Below are positions 33,450 through 47,610 of a stretch of DNA of 64,000 bases, one piece after another. Under the pieces are notes generated by a model. The model had not been told where the DNA came from. It searched no databases and saw only the letters and a list, made by a program, of their open reading frames with translations. The stretch covers positions 81,778,001 through 81,842,000 of the forward strand of contig JAGIQG010000009.1 of assembly GCA_024679065.1 (NCBI GenBank). Reading direction: 5' to 3'. The position numbers and the translations under genes are program-made. Positions within the stretch are counted from its first letter, which is position 1. Each line of letters begins with the position of its first letter. Source of the stretch: Sphyrna mokarran. Lineage: Eukaryota.

Positions 33450-35250
33450 AAAGTACAACAGTTAACACACAGGCAGAGAAACAACAATATTACAGGAGGG
33501 ACACCAGGGAAAGACAGTTCATAATGTCAGCTGGTCCAGAGATTTCTGGAACCTTGTGGAACGCTGCAACTCTATCAGGGGCACTTCAACAGCCATCGAT
33601 ACAGGATCCACTGATGGGGTGGATGTGCTAACCATCTCTGGAGCTAGGCCCTGGGCAGCTCCTTTTCTCTGCCTCACCCACCCAAGCCAGACGCTGCCTT
33701 GGCCACACGATGGACATGGAATTGTCTTGTTCAGAGGCTGGTACACACAAACTGGTTACGGGGCCCAATTGCTCATCTCCTGGAGCTTGGTCTACTCTCT
33801 TGCATAGGTAACCAATATGTTCCTTAACTCCACAGCCCTGTGTCTCCCCCAAATATGAGACTGGTCCTGTCTTCTCCACAACTGGGTCCACCATCCAAAT
33901 TCCCACTCAACATAAGGTTGCCAACATTAAACAATCTGTCCCCTTTCTGAGAGTCACGATACCCTTTCTGAGAGGCTCGCTGAGCCTCCATCCTCCCCGA
34001 CAAATTTGGGAACAATAAATCTAAACAGGTACACAGGCATCGACCCATTAACAACTCTGTGGGTGTGACCCCGACATGACCCCAGTGATGGTGTGAGGTG
34101 TAGTGTTGTGGGACAGCAAATAACTGGCCAATCGCAATGGCAGCGGCCATGAACCTGCTTCACATGGAGGCTTGAACATCAGCATAGCTCACTCCACCAA
34201 CCCATTCGAAGCAGGATAGTCGGGGGCTGGCCTGACATGACCAATGTCATTAGACTTGACCAAAGTCTGAAATTCATCAGCGTGAATGCTGCTCCGTTGT
34301 CTGATAGCAACACTTCAGGAAGACCATGGATCACAAAGATCTGCCTCAGTTTATCGATGGTAAATGGAGGATGTGATGGGATCTCATGAGCTGATCGTCA
34401 AGTCACTTGGAATGGGCATCGCCAACACCAGGAACATCTGTCCAAAACCTACATGAAGCCGTGACCAAGAGAGCATGTTCACTGACGGAGGTAACACTTG
34501 CTGAGTCGGACAACTCTCACACTGCCCAACCATTTGTTCAATGTCTCTGTCAATACCATAACTTCTGACCAATACTTTCATTCTGCTCTGGCCAGGATGG
34601 GCATCATGTAACTCTTGGAGCAGTGGCCATGCCCAGAGGGTTGTATGCTGACACAGACCTCCCCCACAATAGCTCTTCATCTTCACGGGGTATCTGGTCC
34701 CTGCAATGTAAATACAACTTCATTAGCTGTGCCTTGTCAAAGTCCCACCCGGTCAGTACCATTTTCTTGCCCTTTGCTGACACCAGCTCCCTATCTATCC
34801 ACATCTGAATGTGGGCTGCTGAGACAGGCAGGGTGTCTAAATAATGCAGAGTCAATACTATCTCCTGTGGAACAGACGGTGACGGTATGGTCTATGGTAG
34901 CGGCAGGCGGCTCAATGCATCTGCATTTGAGATCTGTGTTCCTGGCCTATGCTGGAAGTTTTAGCTGTTTAATGCCAGCAGCAATGCCCATCTCTGCACC
35001 CTGGCAGAGGCAATAGATGGCACTGGTTAAATGTCCTGGAAGAGTCCCAACAATGGCTTATGGTCTGACACGATGGTGAAATGCCGCCCATAGACATATT
35101 GGTGAAATTTATCACTGTGTGGATAATTGCTGGGCTTTCTATGTCGATTTGTGAGTACATTTTGTCAACATTTAACAAAGTCCTCGAAGAAAATGAATTT
35201 GGCCTCTCCATCCCATCTGCCATTCTATGGGACAGAATTGGTCCAACAGA
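33450..35250 (-). mobile_element. Gypsy-type LTR retrotransposon pol remnant (RNase H-integrase); split paralog at ~2050-6050, fragment at 59771-60040
   Basis: YSQID/E...IHTVKNF (RNase H), LHDAHPGQSRMKVLVRSY...C..C (zinc-binding), HPASNGLVER (integrase core, read in the unit 1 copy). Confidence 0.85.
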
Positions 35251-38200
35251 AACAGGGATGACAGGGATCACGGGTAGAGGTGTGAACATCGAAGTGGTGG
35301 CGTGGGCTCGTTGGGTCGAAGGGCCTGTTTCCCGTGCTGTTTTGTTCTTTGTTCTTTGTATTTACCTTGTTAGTCACTCTGACACTAAGGAGAAATTTAG
35401 CATGGCCAATCAGCCTAACTGCACATCATTGGATTGTGGGAGGAAACCAGAGCACCCAGAGGAAACTCACACAAACATGAGGAGAACATGCAAACTCCAC
35501 ACAGACAGTGACCCGATGCTGGAATTGACCCTGGGTCCCTGGCGTTGTGAGGCAGCAGCGTTAACCACTGTGCCACCCCTTTCACACTGAGGTGATTCTA
35601 TTAATATTGGTGAGGTTGAAATCCCCGACTACTATAGCCCTATTCTTCTCACACCTCTCTCTGTGATTTGCCTACATATCTGCTCCTCTATCTCCCTCTG
35701 AGTGTGGGGAGGGCTGTGTTATAATCCCATACAATGATTGCTCTTTATATTTCTCAACTCCACCCATGTGGCCTCATTTGAAGAGCGTTCCAAAATATCC
35801 TGCCTCATTATTGCAGTGATGGTCTCTTTAATCTCTTACATCCTCTTTTACGTCTCCACCACCATCACACCTGGAACTTCTATATCCTGGAATGTCGAGA
35901 TTCCAGTTCTGCCCTTCTTTCAATCATGTCTCAGTGATTACAACAATCTCATATTTCCCCGTGCTGACCAACTCTCTAAGTTCATCTGCCTGACCAGACA
36001 GGCTCCTTGTATTAAAATAGATGCTGTTTTGCCTTCCAATCCTCCCATGTGCCTTATCAAGCCCAAGTCTTCTCTGCCTGCTGGACTCACCGACTTTTCC
36101 TTCTATATCTGACTGAACCTCACTCCCAACTGTCCATCTACTGTGTGTTCATCCCCCACAAAGTACGGCGAGGCCACAAATGATTCCGAATGGTTTGCTT
36201 TGGGTCAAAGTGCACAAGCAATGACGATGACGGTAAAGCTAGTTTGGCTTTTACTAAAGTTTCTTTCTGTGTCTCTCCACAATTCCATCGCTGATGTTTG
36301 TTTAAAAGCTCAGGGTGGTGGGTGGGGGTGGGGGGGTTGCAGAATTGTTGCTGAGCTCAGCAGGAACCTTCTAATTGGGGAAGCCAATGGGAAGCCGGCG
36401 ATCGGGGAGGGGACCGACAATTGTGGGGATGAGGGGGTGGGAGCCATTGGGAAGGCATTCGGTTGGGGAAGGGGAGTAGGGGTGGAAGTCAGTATCAGTG
36501 ATTGGAGGGAGAGTTATGGAAGGCATCAGGGGCTGGCAACTGGGCAAAGAGGGTGGGGAGTCGGGGCCGGTGATTCAGGGGGGAGTTTGGGAGGCCAGTT
36601 GATTCGGGAAAGTGAGATGGGGTGGGGTGGTGTCAAGGCCTGTGATTAGGGGAGTGGGGAATTAGATTGGGGAAGATATCGCAAGGCAGGGATGAGGGAG
36701 TGTTGATCCAGGCCTCGCGGGTGGGATTAACCCCATCCACTGGTGTAAATCCCTGGCAGATTTTTTGAAACACCGAGTGCCGGCGTTTCAACTGAGTAAA
36801 TATGCCCAGAAAATGGTGGGAAAATGTCCTGTTTTCCAGCCGCAATGGGCACTTAGTTTTTCAGGAAATTTGACCCCATCTTTTCGAGACAATAATGAAC
36901 AAAGTGTACAATGGACATGACCCACTCATAACACTCTGTCTACCTTCAACTCATTCTTTAACCTCCAAACCATCTCCTGTTCCAATCCAGATGTTTCAGT
37001 CAAGGAGTCAGATAGATCTACAGCACAGGAGGACACCATTCAACCCCTCATATCTGTACTAGCTATTTTACTAGAGTCATTCAGTTTAATGTGTGTTTTT
37101 GGAAAATGACTGGAATGTTTTATAAGAGACAAAACGAGTGAGAAACATGAACTGATCAGAAAGAGTCAACACAAATTTTAAAAGATTCAGACATGTTCAA
37201 CTAAGCTGCTTACATTTGTTAATCAGTCACTAATGTGCTCGATAAGGGAATATCTCTGGATATTATTTCCATGCATTTCTAAAAGACATTTGGGAAGGTG
37301 CCACATGAGAGGCTGTGAATAAAAATGGAAGTGTTTGGAATTTGAGGAAAGCCTTTGCCATTGATAAGGAATTGGTTCGGAGATAGGAGACAGAGAGTAG
37401 GGATACTGTGTGTATTTTCCAGTCAGCAAGCTGTGAATAGTGATGTCTCCAGGGATCTGTGCTGAAGCCTCAGTTTTTCACTATATTTGTCAATGACTTG
37501 GACGAAGGAATAGAGAGTCACATATCCAAGATTACTGAGCACACTAAATTAGACAGCTTGGAGGAGGTTACAGAGATAGGGAGGGTGCAGGAGAGGAGGG
37601 ATTTGAGAGGCAGGATAGGATTGTTAAAATCAGGGCATCGCTGGACCGGGGGTCAGTGTAGGTCAGTGAAAACAGGGGGTGACGGGTGAACGGGATTTGG
37701 TGCGAGTTCAGATCCAAGCAGCAGAGTTCTGAATGAGCTAATGATTACAGAGGGTGGTAGGTGTGAGGTCGACCAGGACAGCATTGGAATAGTAACGTTC
37801 AGAGGGAACAAAGACACGGATGAGATTTTCAGTGGAAGATGATGTGAGGCAGGGGGGACTCGAGAGATGTTACCGAGGTGGAAATAGGTGTTCTTAGTGA
37901 TGGAGTGGATGAAGTGGTGGGAAAATCATCTCAGGGTCAAATAGGACACCATGGCTGTGGACATAGATACTAAACATGAAACTATTTGCAGTGATGTCTG
38001 CTCTTTTTTTAAGAAGTAAGTCAAAGATCATAAGTGCTGAATATTGTTGGATGTCTTTTAACTTATTTTTAGTGACAGACCCTTAGGCGCTGGATTTTTT
38101 TTACAGTCCACCATGGCTGTGGACTGTGTGAACAAAGAACAAAGAACAACACAGCACAGGAAACAGGCTCTTTGGCCCTAGAAGCCTGCACCACCCATTT

Positions 38201-39839
38201 TAACACTCAGTGAGTGCCTCATTCCAATCCTTCTTCTACCTATAACTTTTGTCTACGCCTCTTGGACTCCACAATAAAGGCATGCAAATTTAGAAAATTA
38301 GAGATTAAGGGAGGTCTAATTTAGGGACAATTTGTTCACACCAATCAACCTAAAAGCATGTTTTTGAGACTTGGGAGGAAACCGGAGCACCCAGACCAAA
38401 CCTGCAAGCACGGGGAGAATGTGCAAACTCTCACAGCACTGATCCAAGTTGGAGATCCAAAAGGGAAAACTTTCGAACAGGGTCTTTCTGGGCAATGGAA
38501 GTCAGCAAGAAGAGAGGATAATGGGTGAAGAGAATTAGGTGAGGGTTGGGATACAGTCATAAAGTTTTGACTGAGTCAAGTTTACTGAGGCTGTAAATTG
38601 GGAGGCTTGCCATGAAGGTATTGGAATAATTGTGTACAATTTCAACAACTAAATTGTTAATCAATTCTTATTGGGTTTTATTTTCCACCGTTTCTCCAAA
38701 TTAAGAATGAAATGAATAATTATTTTAATTAATTAAATAATCAGAGTCTGATAGATTATTTCCTCTACTCCCTTCCTATCACCTTTTAAGATAAGTTTTG
38801 ATTTTGTCAAGGAATCCTACTGAAAAGCAATTCAAAACCTTTAAATAATAATAATTTATGGAAATGACCTAAAGTCAACAAGTTATGAGATTGAGACTCC
38901 AAATCTGTTGAGGAGTTTTTGTTTTTCCCCTTGCCCTTCCTAGTGGCAGAGGTCAGGGGTTTGGAAGGTGCTGTCGAAGAAACTTTGGTGAGTTGTCTGC
39001 CACTGTTTCTAGCGTTCCACCATTTAGATCGTGCTCAGTTCTATCCTGTCCAAGGTCACCTCATATTTACTGACAGTGAAATCAATTGCCCACAGTTGTA
39101 CTCATTTTCTTTGTAATTATCAACTGTTATTGCAATGTTACCTCTTTCTATGCCATTAACAATCTGAATATGGGGCTTTTTAAGTAATCAGACAAGTTAT
39201 TACATTTAGTGATTCGATACCCAGGTGGGATGATGGTGGGAACTGAGTGGCAGGAATAAGAAAGGCCAATCTAAAGGATTCTTCTATACATGGTGTTGTC
39301 CAAGATGGTCAGCAATGTTAACAGTTAATTGTGCCCATTCCAACAACCAAGAGAGCAGGTCTATAAAGAGAAGGAATTAGAGATTTTTATCAGATATCTA
39401 CATTTAAAAGAATGCTTCTCCTATTAGAAGTCGTGGTGCACAGTCCTTTAAGCTGTTGTAAGGACAATGTTTAATGGAATTAGTGTTGAGGGTACAGAGT
39501 TTGTGATGGAGTCTAAAGGCAATGGCAGATGGGGAGTGTGAAAACACCCACTTTGGACCGAGGAAAGAGTGAGCAGACTTGTGATGTGGAGGATTTGTGG
39601 CAGGGGAGGGGCAAGGGGGAGGAGGGTGGCGGAGCAGATCAGGGTCAAAGTTGAGGCCAATGTTGTAGAGAGTGTGGTTGAGCAGCAGACAGTGCTCAGG
39701 GGGGAGGGATGGAGTTTGTATCGGGAGCTGAAGACCATGGCTTTGATCTTCCCAATGTGTTTCCCAGTGAGCCTGGCTCCTCAGTCCTGACTGCTCTGAG
39801 CTGTTGTTCTTTTCACTGATTGGACAGTTATTGTTAGAG

Positions 39840-39975
39840 ATTCAGACCACAGCACAAATCCCCAGTGTCAAAAATAACTGCAAAGACTGTCAGATCGGAA
39901 GATTGAAACGTAACCGACAGAGGAAGTGAAAGAAGGAGCTCAGAGCAGCTGGATGTTTGTTACTGAGACGGGAGA
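39840..39975 (+). promoter_or_regulatory. EICE-containing non-coding element upstream of V2
   Basis: Near-identical to 10430-10565; GGAAGTGAAA 39922-39931. Confidence 0.5.
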
Positions 39976-41109
39976 AAATGGTGAACCGTGTTCACTATCT
40001 CCAATCTCCCAGCACAGAAGGCACAGTGGGATACAGTCAGGAGGGAGTTATCCTGGGACATCACTGCAGGAGTTCCTCAGGGTCGTGTCTGAGACACAAC
40101 CATCTTCAGCTGCTTCAGTAATGACCTTCAGAAGTGGGGATGTTCACTGATGATTGCACAATGCTCAGCACCATTCACAACTCCTCAGATATTGAAGCAG
40201 TAACATTCATGCCACATCAGTACCACGGAATCACCATCTCCAACAAGAGAGAATTTTAACATCTCCCCTTGACATTCAATGTCATTACCATCGCTGAATC
40301 CCCCACTGTAAAATCCTGTTGGTTATGATTGACCAGAAACTGAACTGGACCAGCCTATAAATAGAGTGGCTATTTATAGCCACAAGAGAAAGTCAGTGGA
40401 TAGGAATCCTGCAGTGAGTAACTCACATCCTGACTCTCCAAAGCCTCTCCACCATCTACAAGGCACAAGTCTGGAGTATGATGGAATACTCTCCACTTGT
40501 CTGGATGAGTAGAGCTGCAGCAACACTCAAGAAGCTCAACATCATCCAGAACAAATCAGCCCACTTGATTGTCACCCCATTCACAAACATTAAATCCCTC
40601 CACCACTGTCGAACAGTGGCAGCAGTGTGTGCCATCTATAAGTTCATGCCCTGCATGAACTCAACAAGGTTCCTGAGGCAGCACCTTCGAAACCCATGAC
40701 CACTATTATCTGGAAAGACAAGTGTAGCAGATCCCTGGGATCAACATCACCAGGAGATTCCCCTCCAAGCCACATGCCATTCTGAAATGGAAATACATCT
40801 CTGTTCATGCACTGTCGCTGGGTCAGAATCCTGGAAATCCCTCCCTAACAGCACTGTGGGTGTATGTACACCTCATGGACTGCAGTGGTTCAAGAAGGCA
40901 GTTCATCATCACCTTCTCAAGGACAATTAGGGATGGGCAATAAATGTTGAGATAGCCAGTAACACCCACATCCCGTCAATGAATACATTTTTAATAATTC
41001 CTACTTTACACAATGTCCCATTCTGTGTGTTGAAGTCTGGATCCTGTCAGCAGAATATTTGACTGCAAGAGCCTTCACCACTGTCCCCAACCAAAATCCA
41101 CATAGAACC

Positions 41110-42908
41110 ACTTTAGATATGTTAAGAATAGAAGATTGGTTAGGGCAAGATTAGGGCCAGTCATAGACAGCAGTGGGAAGTTGTGCGTGGAGCCTGAAGA
41201 GATTGGTGAGGCACTGAATAAATATTTCTCTTCGGTATTCACGCAGAGTGCTGGAAATGTAGCTATGGAGAACACTGAGGTACAGGGTTGCAAATTGGGA
41301 AGTATTGTAGTAGATAGGGAGGATGTGTTAGAAATTCTCGAGGGTTTGAAGTTGGATAAGTCCCCTGGGCCGGACGGGATTTACCTAGGATTCTCTGGGA
41401 GGCAAGAGAGGAGATTGCAGAGCCTCTGGCTCTGATCTTCAGGTCCTCGTTGGTTACGGGTGTGGTTCCGGAGGACTGGAGGATGGCGAATGTGGTCCCA
41501 TTGTTTAAGAAGGGGAAGAGGGACCTTCCTGGGAATTATAGGCCAGTGAGTCTTACTTCTGTGGTGGGCAAGGTATTGGAGAGAATTATTAGGGATAGGA
41601 TTATAGTTATTTAGAGAGAAATGAATTGATTGGGGATAGTCAGCATGGTTTCGTGAAGGGTAGGTCATGCCTTACTAACCTCATTGAGTTTTTTGAAAAA
41701 GTGACCAAAGAGGTGGATGGGGGTAAGGCAGTTGATGTAGTATATATGGACTTTAGTAAGGCGTTTGATAAGGTGGCACATGGAAGACTTCTACAGAAAA
41801 TGCAGATGTGTGGAATAGAGGGTGATTTAGCTAATTGGATTAGGAATTGGCTGGCAGATAGAAGACAGAGGCTGGTGGTTGATGGGAGATATTCATCGTG
41901 GAGTTCGGTGACGAGTGGTGTGCCTCAGGGGTCTGTTTTGGGGCCCCTGCTGTTTGTAATTTTTATAAATGATCTGGATGAGGGTATTGAGGGATGGATC
42001 AGTAAATTTGCAGATGATACTAAAGTTGGTGGTGTGGTAGATAGTGAAGAGGGGTGTTTTATTTTACAGAGTGACTTGGACAAGTTGCAGAGCTGGGCCG
42101 AGAGGTGGCAAATGGAGTTTAATGTGGAAAAGTGAGAGGTAATGCACTTTGGCAGGAACAATAAATGTGTAGAGTATAGGGCTAATGGTAGGGCTTTTAA
42201 TAGTGTTGAGGAACAGAAGGATCTTGGTGTATGTGTCAATAGATCCCTGAAAGTAGGCAGTCAAGTGGATAAAGTTGTTAAGAAGGCATATGGAGTCTTA
42301 GCTTTTATTGGTAGGGGGATTGAATTTAGGAGCCGCAGCATCATGTTGCAACTGTACAAAACTCTAGTGCGGCCGCACTTGGAGTATTGTGTGCAGTTCT
42401 GGTCCCCACATTATAAGAAAGATGTGGAGGCATTGGAGAGGGTACAGAGGAGGTTTACCAGGATGTTGCCTGGTATGGAGGGCAGGTCTTATGAAGAGAG
42501 GCTGAGGGATTTGAGATTGTTTTCGTTAGAAAGGAGCGGCTAAGAGGGGACCTAATCGAAACATATAAGATGATTAGAGGTTTAGATAGGGTGGACAGTG
42601 ATAGCCTTTTTCCTAGGATGGAGAAAGCTAGCACGAGGGGACACAGCTTTAAATTAAGGGGTATGAGTTATAGGACGGATATCAGAGGTAGGTTCTTTAC
42701 TCAAAGAGTGATTAGGGAGTGGAATGCCCTGCCTGCAGCTGTTGTAGATGCGCCAAGTTTGGTGGCGTTTAAGAGGTTAATTGATAAGTATATGGAAGAG
42801 AAGGGAATGGTTTAGTTTGGAGGGGCATTGCTTTTTATTTTGGTCGGCACAACATCGAAGGCCGAAGGGCCTGTTCTGTGCTGTATTGTTCTATGTTCTA
42901 TGTTCTAT
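41110..42908 (+). mobile_element. 5'-truncated CR1-type LINE, unit 2-specific, TSD AACC
   Basis: ORFs 41136-42815; empty site at ~11670. Confidence 0.95.
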
Positions 42909-43555
42909 AACCTGAATTTATATAGCACCTTAGTATACAACATAACCCATTATGTTTCACAGAGCAGCATAAGAGGAATAGGGGAGGGGCTGGGGTAGTT
43001 TAGGAAGAGAGATCAAAGGCTTGGCTGAAAGGATGGAGATTGATGGGGAGAAAGATTTGGAGAGGGGGAGGGATTAAGGATGGGAGGGCAGAGAGCAGAA
43101 GCTGGGCGTCTGAAAGCTCTGTTGTCAATGGTGGGATGAAGGAAGCAGCGATGGGCCAGGGAGCAGATGAGGGAAAAATGTGAACCTGGAGCAGGATACA
43201 GGGGTAGGGAGGAGTGAGGCCGTGGAGGGAATTGGAGGACAGTGAGGTCAGGGGTGACATGTCAGTGCGGTCAGGGGTAACAGGTAAATGAAGTCAGGGC
43301 TGATAGACCAGTGAGGCCAGGGGCGATAGATCACAGAGATCAGGAGTGGTTTTGGAACAACACTTAGTGTGAGAAAGAGTCCGGACCAACTGCATTTGGA
43401 ACAAGCTGAGGTTTATGGAGTGTGGATGAGGGAATTGGGAGAGGATATTGGAATAATAGAGTTAGTAGGTGGGAAATGCAGGGTTAAGGGTTACTGTGCT
43501 TAAGGGAATGATGTAATGTAGACACGGACAATATTATGGAAATAAGAGGCCAACA

Positions 43556-44065
43556 TCACAGTGTACAAGAGCTGGCCTTTAATGTTGCAGTTGTATAGAA
43601 CATTGGTTAGACCTCATTTGGAATACTGCATCCAGTTCTGGTTGCCCTACTACCGGAAGGACGTGGAGACTCTGGAGAGAGTGCAGAGGAGGTTTACCAG
43701 GATGCTGCGGTATGGAAGGTCTGAGTTACAAGGAGAGGTTAGGCAAATTGGAACTGTTTTCCTTAGAAAGACGTAGACTGAGAGGTGATCTAATAGAGGT
43801 GTACAAGATTATGAGGGGTATAGATACAGTAAACAGGGTTAAGCTTTTTCCTAGGATGGACTCGAATAGCATGAAGGGTCATGAGCTTAGGGTGAGGGGG
43901 GTAAGGTATAATTTGGATGCTAGAGGGAGTTTTTTCACACAGAGGTGGTGGGGTATGGAATGCGCTGCCAAGTAAAATGGTGGAGGCAGGCACTCTGGAG
44001 TTATTTAAGAGATACTTAGATGGGCACGTGAACCGAATAGGGATGGAGGGTATAGAAAACTGATT
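43556..44065 (+). mobile_element. CR1-type LINE 3' fragment, unit 2-specific
   Basis: ORFs 43561-43975 ([17 protein letters not shown]). Confidence 0.85.
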
Positions 44066-44643
44066 TAAAATAGGGATCATGAGCCTTGGGAGTCCCTAGG
44101 AAGTGTGTAAATTGTGAATGATATAGATGTATTTCTGTTTTATCCTACAGGTACTTCAGTCTGCCTTGTTGTCTAATGAGGGGCATACACACAATGGGTC
44201 GTGAGAGGGCTGCTCTTGGATTTTTTTTCGAGAGTATCCTAGTGCTTCACGTCGTTAGTGTATGCTTGACCTGGACCATCTGATGGGCAACATGACAGCT
44301 CAGTGACTATTGCTGTGCTGTGCAGATACATGGATTTGGGCCTGTGTCTGTGGGAGTTTGCGCATTCTCCCCGTGCTTGTGTGGGTTTTCTCCGGGTGCT
44401 CTGGTTTCATGCCACATCCCAAAAATGTGCTCTTAGGCTAATTGGCAAAACAAATTCTCCCTGAATTGTTTTGCAAATTTCGTTCCAATGCTGATTTCTA
44501 TAAACATGGACAGGGATCATGGGTAGAAGTGGGAACATTGAGGTGGCAGCGCGGGCTCATTAGGCCGAAGGCCCTGTTTCCCATGCTGTTTTGTTCTTTG
44601 TTCTTTGTCATGGAAAGGATGTGAGTTTGAAGCTCTGCTACTG

Positions 44644-44832
44644 AGGCTCCACTGGGAAGGAGGCCCATGTTTACTGGTCCCTATTGGAGGCTCCAGTGGG
44701 AAGGAGGCCCATGTTTACTGGTCCCTATTGGAGGCTCCAGTGGGAAGGAGGCCCATGTTTACTGGTCCCTATTGGAGGCTCCAATGGGAAGGAGGCCCAT
44801 GTTTACTGGTCCTGATTGGAGGCTCCAGTGGG
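44644..44832. repeat. 44-bp tandem repeat, ~4.3 copies
   Basis: Same unit as 12313-12415, expanded in duplication unit 2. Confidence 0.92.
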
Positions 44833-47225
44833 ACATGGACATCATGGTCGATGTTAAGCAGTTTCTTTCTGTTATAGATATGTCATTGTTCACCTTTGTG
44901 AAGGTCACAAAATAGATAAAGGGGAACTTGTAGCTGTGACAGGAAATTCGAAAAGATATCGAATAAATTGCCACATCAAATGTTACTACACAAGATATGA
45001 TGGTGTGTGGGTAAGAAGATGGTTTGTGGGTAACATATTAGCATTGATAGAGGATTGGTTAGCTCACAAAAATGAGAGAGAGGGGATAAATGATTGATTT
45101 GGGGTTGGGAAGCTGTAATTAATGGAATTCTGGAAGAATCAGTGCTGGGACCACAACTATTCACAATCCATATCAATGACTTGGATGAAGGGAATAACTT
45201 GAACTAATGTTCCAATGACACTAAGATTGGTGGGAAAAGTAAGTTCTCAAGAGGAGGTGCAGAGTTTGCAAAGGGATAGAGACAAGGGAAATGAATAGCT
45301 AAACATGTGAAGTACAACCTGTGTAAATGTGAAGGTGTCCATTTTGATGGCAAGAATAGAAAAGCAGTAAACTATTGAAATGGAGAGAGATTGCACAACT
45401 CAGTGCTACAGAGGGATCTGGCTGTCCTGGGACATGAATCACAACAAGTTAGTCTGCAGCTACAGCAAGTGATTAGGAAAACAAATGGAATGTTGATGTT
45501 TATTTCAAGGAGAATGGAATATAAAAATAGAGAAGTTTTATTGCAGCAGTGAGACCACATCTGGAATACTGAGTACAGTTTTGGTCTCTTTATTTGGAAA
45601 AGGACATCATTGTGTTAGAAGTTCAGAGAAGATTCACTCGACATATTCCTGAGTTGAGGGGTTATCATTTGAAGAAAAGTTGGAAAGGTTGGGCCTGAAC
45701 CCATTGGAGTTTAGAAGAATGAAAGATGGTCTTATTGAACTATATCAGATTGTGAGGGGACTGACAGAGTGGATCCCAGGAGGATGGTGCCTCTTCTGAG
45801 ACAGAGTGAGATGTGAATACAGAGGAACAAAGAGAATGAGCGAGGTGTCACAGGGATTGATGCTGGGTCCATTGTTATTTCTCATTTATGTTCATGATTT
45901 GGATGAGAATATAGGAGTAATGGTTAATATGTTTGCAGATGACAACAGGATTGGTGGGACAGTGGACAGTGAAAAAAGTTACCTCCGATTCAGCCAGAAT
46001 TGGACCAGTGGGCTGACGAATGACAACTGGAGTTTAATTTACATAAATGTGAGGTGATGGATTTTGGTAGATTGAACCAGGGCAGGACTTACTCAGTTAC
46101 TGACAGGGAACTGGGGAGAGTTACAGAACAAAGAAATCTAGGGGTACATGTTCATATCTCCTTAAAAATGGAGTCACAGGTGTTCAAAGTGGTGAAGGCA
46201 TTCGGCATGTTTGGTTTCATTGGTCAGAACATTGAACACAGTCGTCAGAACTCTATGTTGAACTTGTACAAGACATTGGTAAGGCCACACTTAGAATGCT
46301 GTGTACAATTCTGGTCACCCTATAATAGAAAGGATATTATTAAACTAGGAAGAGTGCAGAAAAGATTTACTCGGATGCTACAGGGCTTGATGATTTGGGT
46401 TATCAGGAGAGACTGGGTCAACGGGGACTTTTTTGTCTGGAGCGTGGAAGGCTGAGGGGTGACCTTATAGAGGTCTATAAAATAATGAAGGGCATAGATC
46501 AACGAGATAATCAATAACGTTTCTCAAAGGTAGGGGATGCTAAAACTAGAGGGTATAGATTTAAGGCGAGAGGGGAGAGATACAAAAGTTTTCAAATGGG
46601 CAATTTTTTTCATAGAGGGTGGTGAGTATCTGGAACAAGCTGCCAGATGTAATAATAGAGGCAGGTACAATTTTGTCATTTAAAAAGCATTTAGGCAGTT
46701 ACATGGGTAAGATGGGTATAGACAGATATAGGCCAAATGCAGCAATTGGAGTTTGGGGTTTAAATAAAAGGGCAGCATGGACAAGTTGGGCTGAAGGGCC
46801 TGTTTCCTTGCTGTAAACCTCTATGACTCTATGAGATAAAGTGAAGGAGAAACTGAGAGGAATAGAGGGAGGGAGAATGAGAAGAGAGAAAGAAAGAGAG
46901 AAAGAAATGAGAGGGTAAACAAAGAGTGTGAGACAGGAAGAACAAGAAACGGAGACAGCGACAGTGTGGTAGATAGAAACAGAGACTAATGGAGAGTTAC
47001 TCAGAGAGTGAAAAAGACAGATTGAGGGAGTGATATCAAAAGATTGAGGGACACAGAGACTGAGGGACAGATATCGAGAGAGTAAGATTGAGAATGAGAG
47101 AGAGAGAGACTGAGGGACAAATATTGAGAGAGAGAGAGAGACAGCAGGTGAGGGAGAAATATCAAGATAGTGAGAGACAGAGACTAAGGAGCAGACTGGG
47201 GGACAGAAACTGAGAGAGAAGAAGA

Positions 47226-47319
47226 GGAAGTGAAAGGTGCTGACGTGGTTTCTCTGGGTCAGACCATTTACAAACTGAGGAACAGGCAGTGAGACTCTCA
47301 CAGGCTGCAGCTTTATAAA
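47226..47319 (+). promoter_or_regulatory. V2 promoter: EICE, CRE/UPRE-like motif, degenerate octamer, TATA
   Basis: GGAAGTGAAA 47226-47235; TGACGTGG 47241-47248; ATTTACAA 47266-47273; TATAAA 47314-47319. Confidence 0.75.
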
Positions 47320-47379
47320 GCAGAGCCCAGTGAAGGGAGAGTTTATCAGTAACCAGGCACAGGGACACGAGCACACACC

Positions 47380-47428
47380 ATGATTTCAGCCATCCAGCTG
47401 CTCTGGCCTCTGGCATTCTGCATCGCAG
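47380..47428 (+). CDS. IGKV: Ig kappa-type light chain cluster 2, leader exon
   Basis: Identical to the cluster 1 leader; GT donor at 47429. Confidence 0.95.
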
Positions 47429-47610
47429 GTACTAATCTCCTTCCACCTTGAATATTTTCCTGCTCTCCATTTCAATCCAATTCTCCTGACTTGTGATTGA
47501 AGGGAAAATGTTGAAAGGAGAGGAACAGTCAGTGTCTCCAACAATATCTCATTGTACAGCCTCTTTCTGTGACAGTTCTGAATTCACTCTGTTTCTCTAT
47601 TACCCCTCAG

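Noticed and set aside
44644-44832. Regular repeats (44-bp and 61-bp arrays) as CRISPR-like arrays
   Set aside because: Head-to-tail units with no unique spacers, no cas genes and a eukaryotic context; these are minisatellites
46699-47376. 225-aa minus-strand ORF over the V2 promoter
   Set aside because: Low-complexity Ser/Leu translation of a GA-rich tract; not preserved in cluster 1
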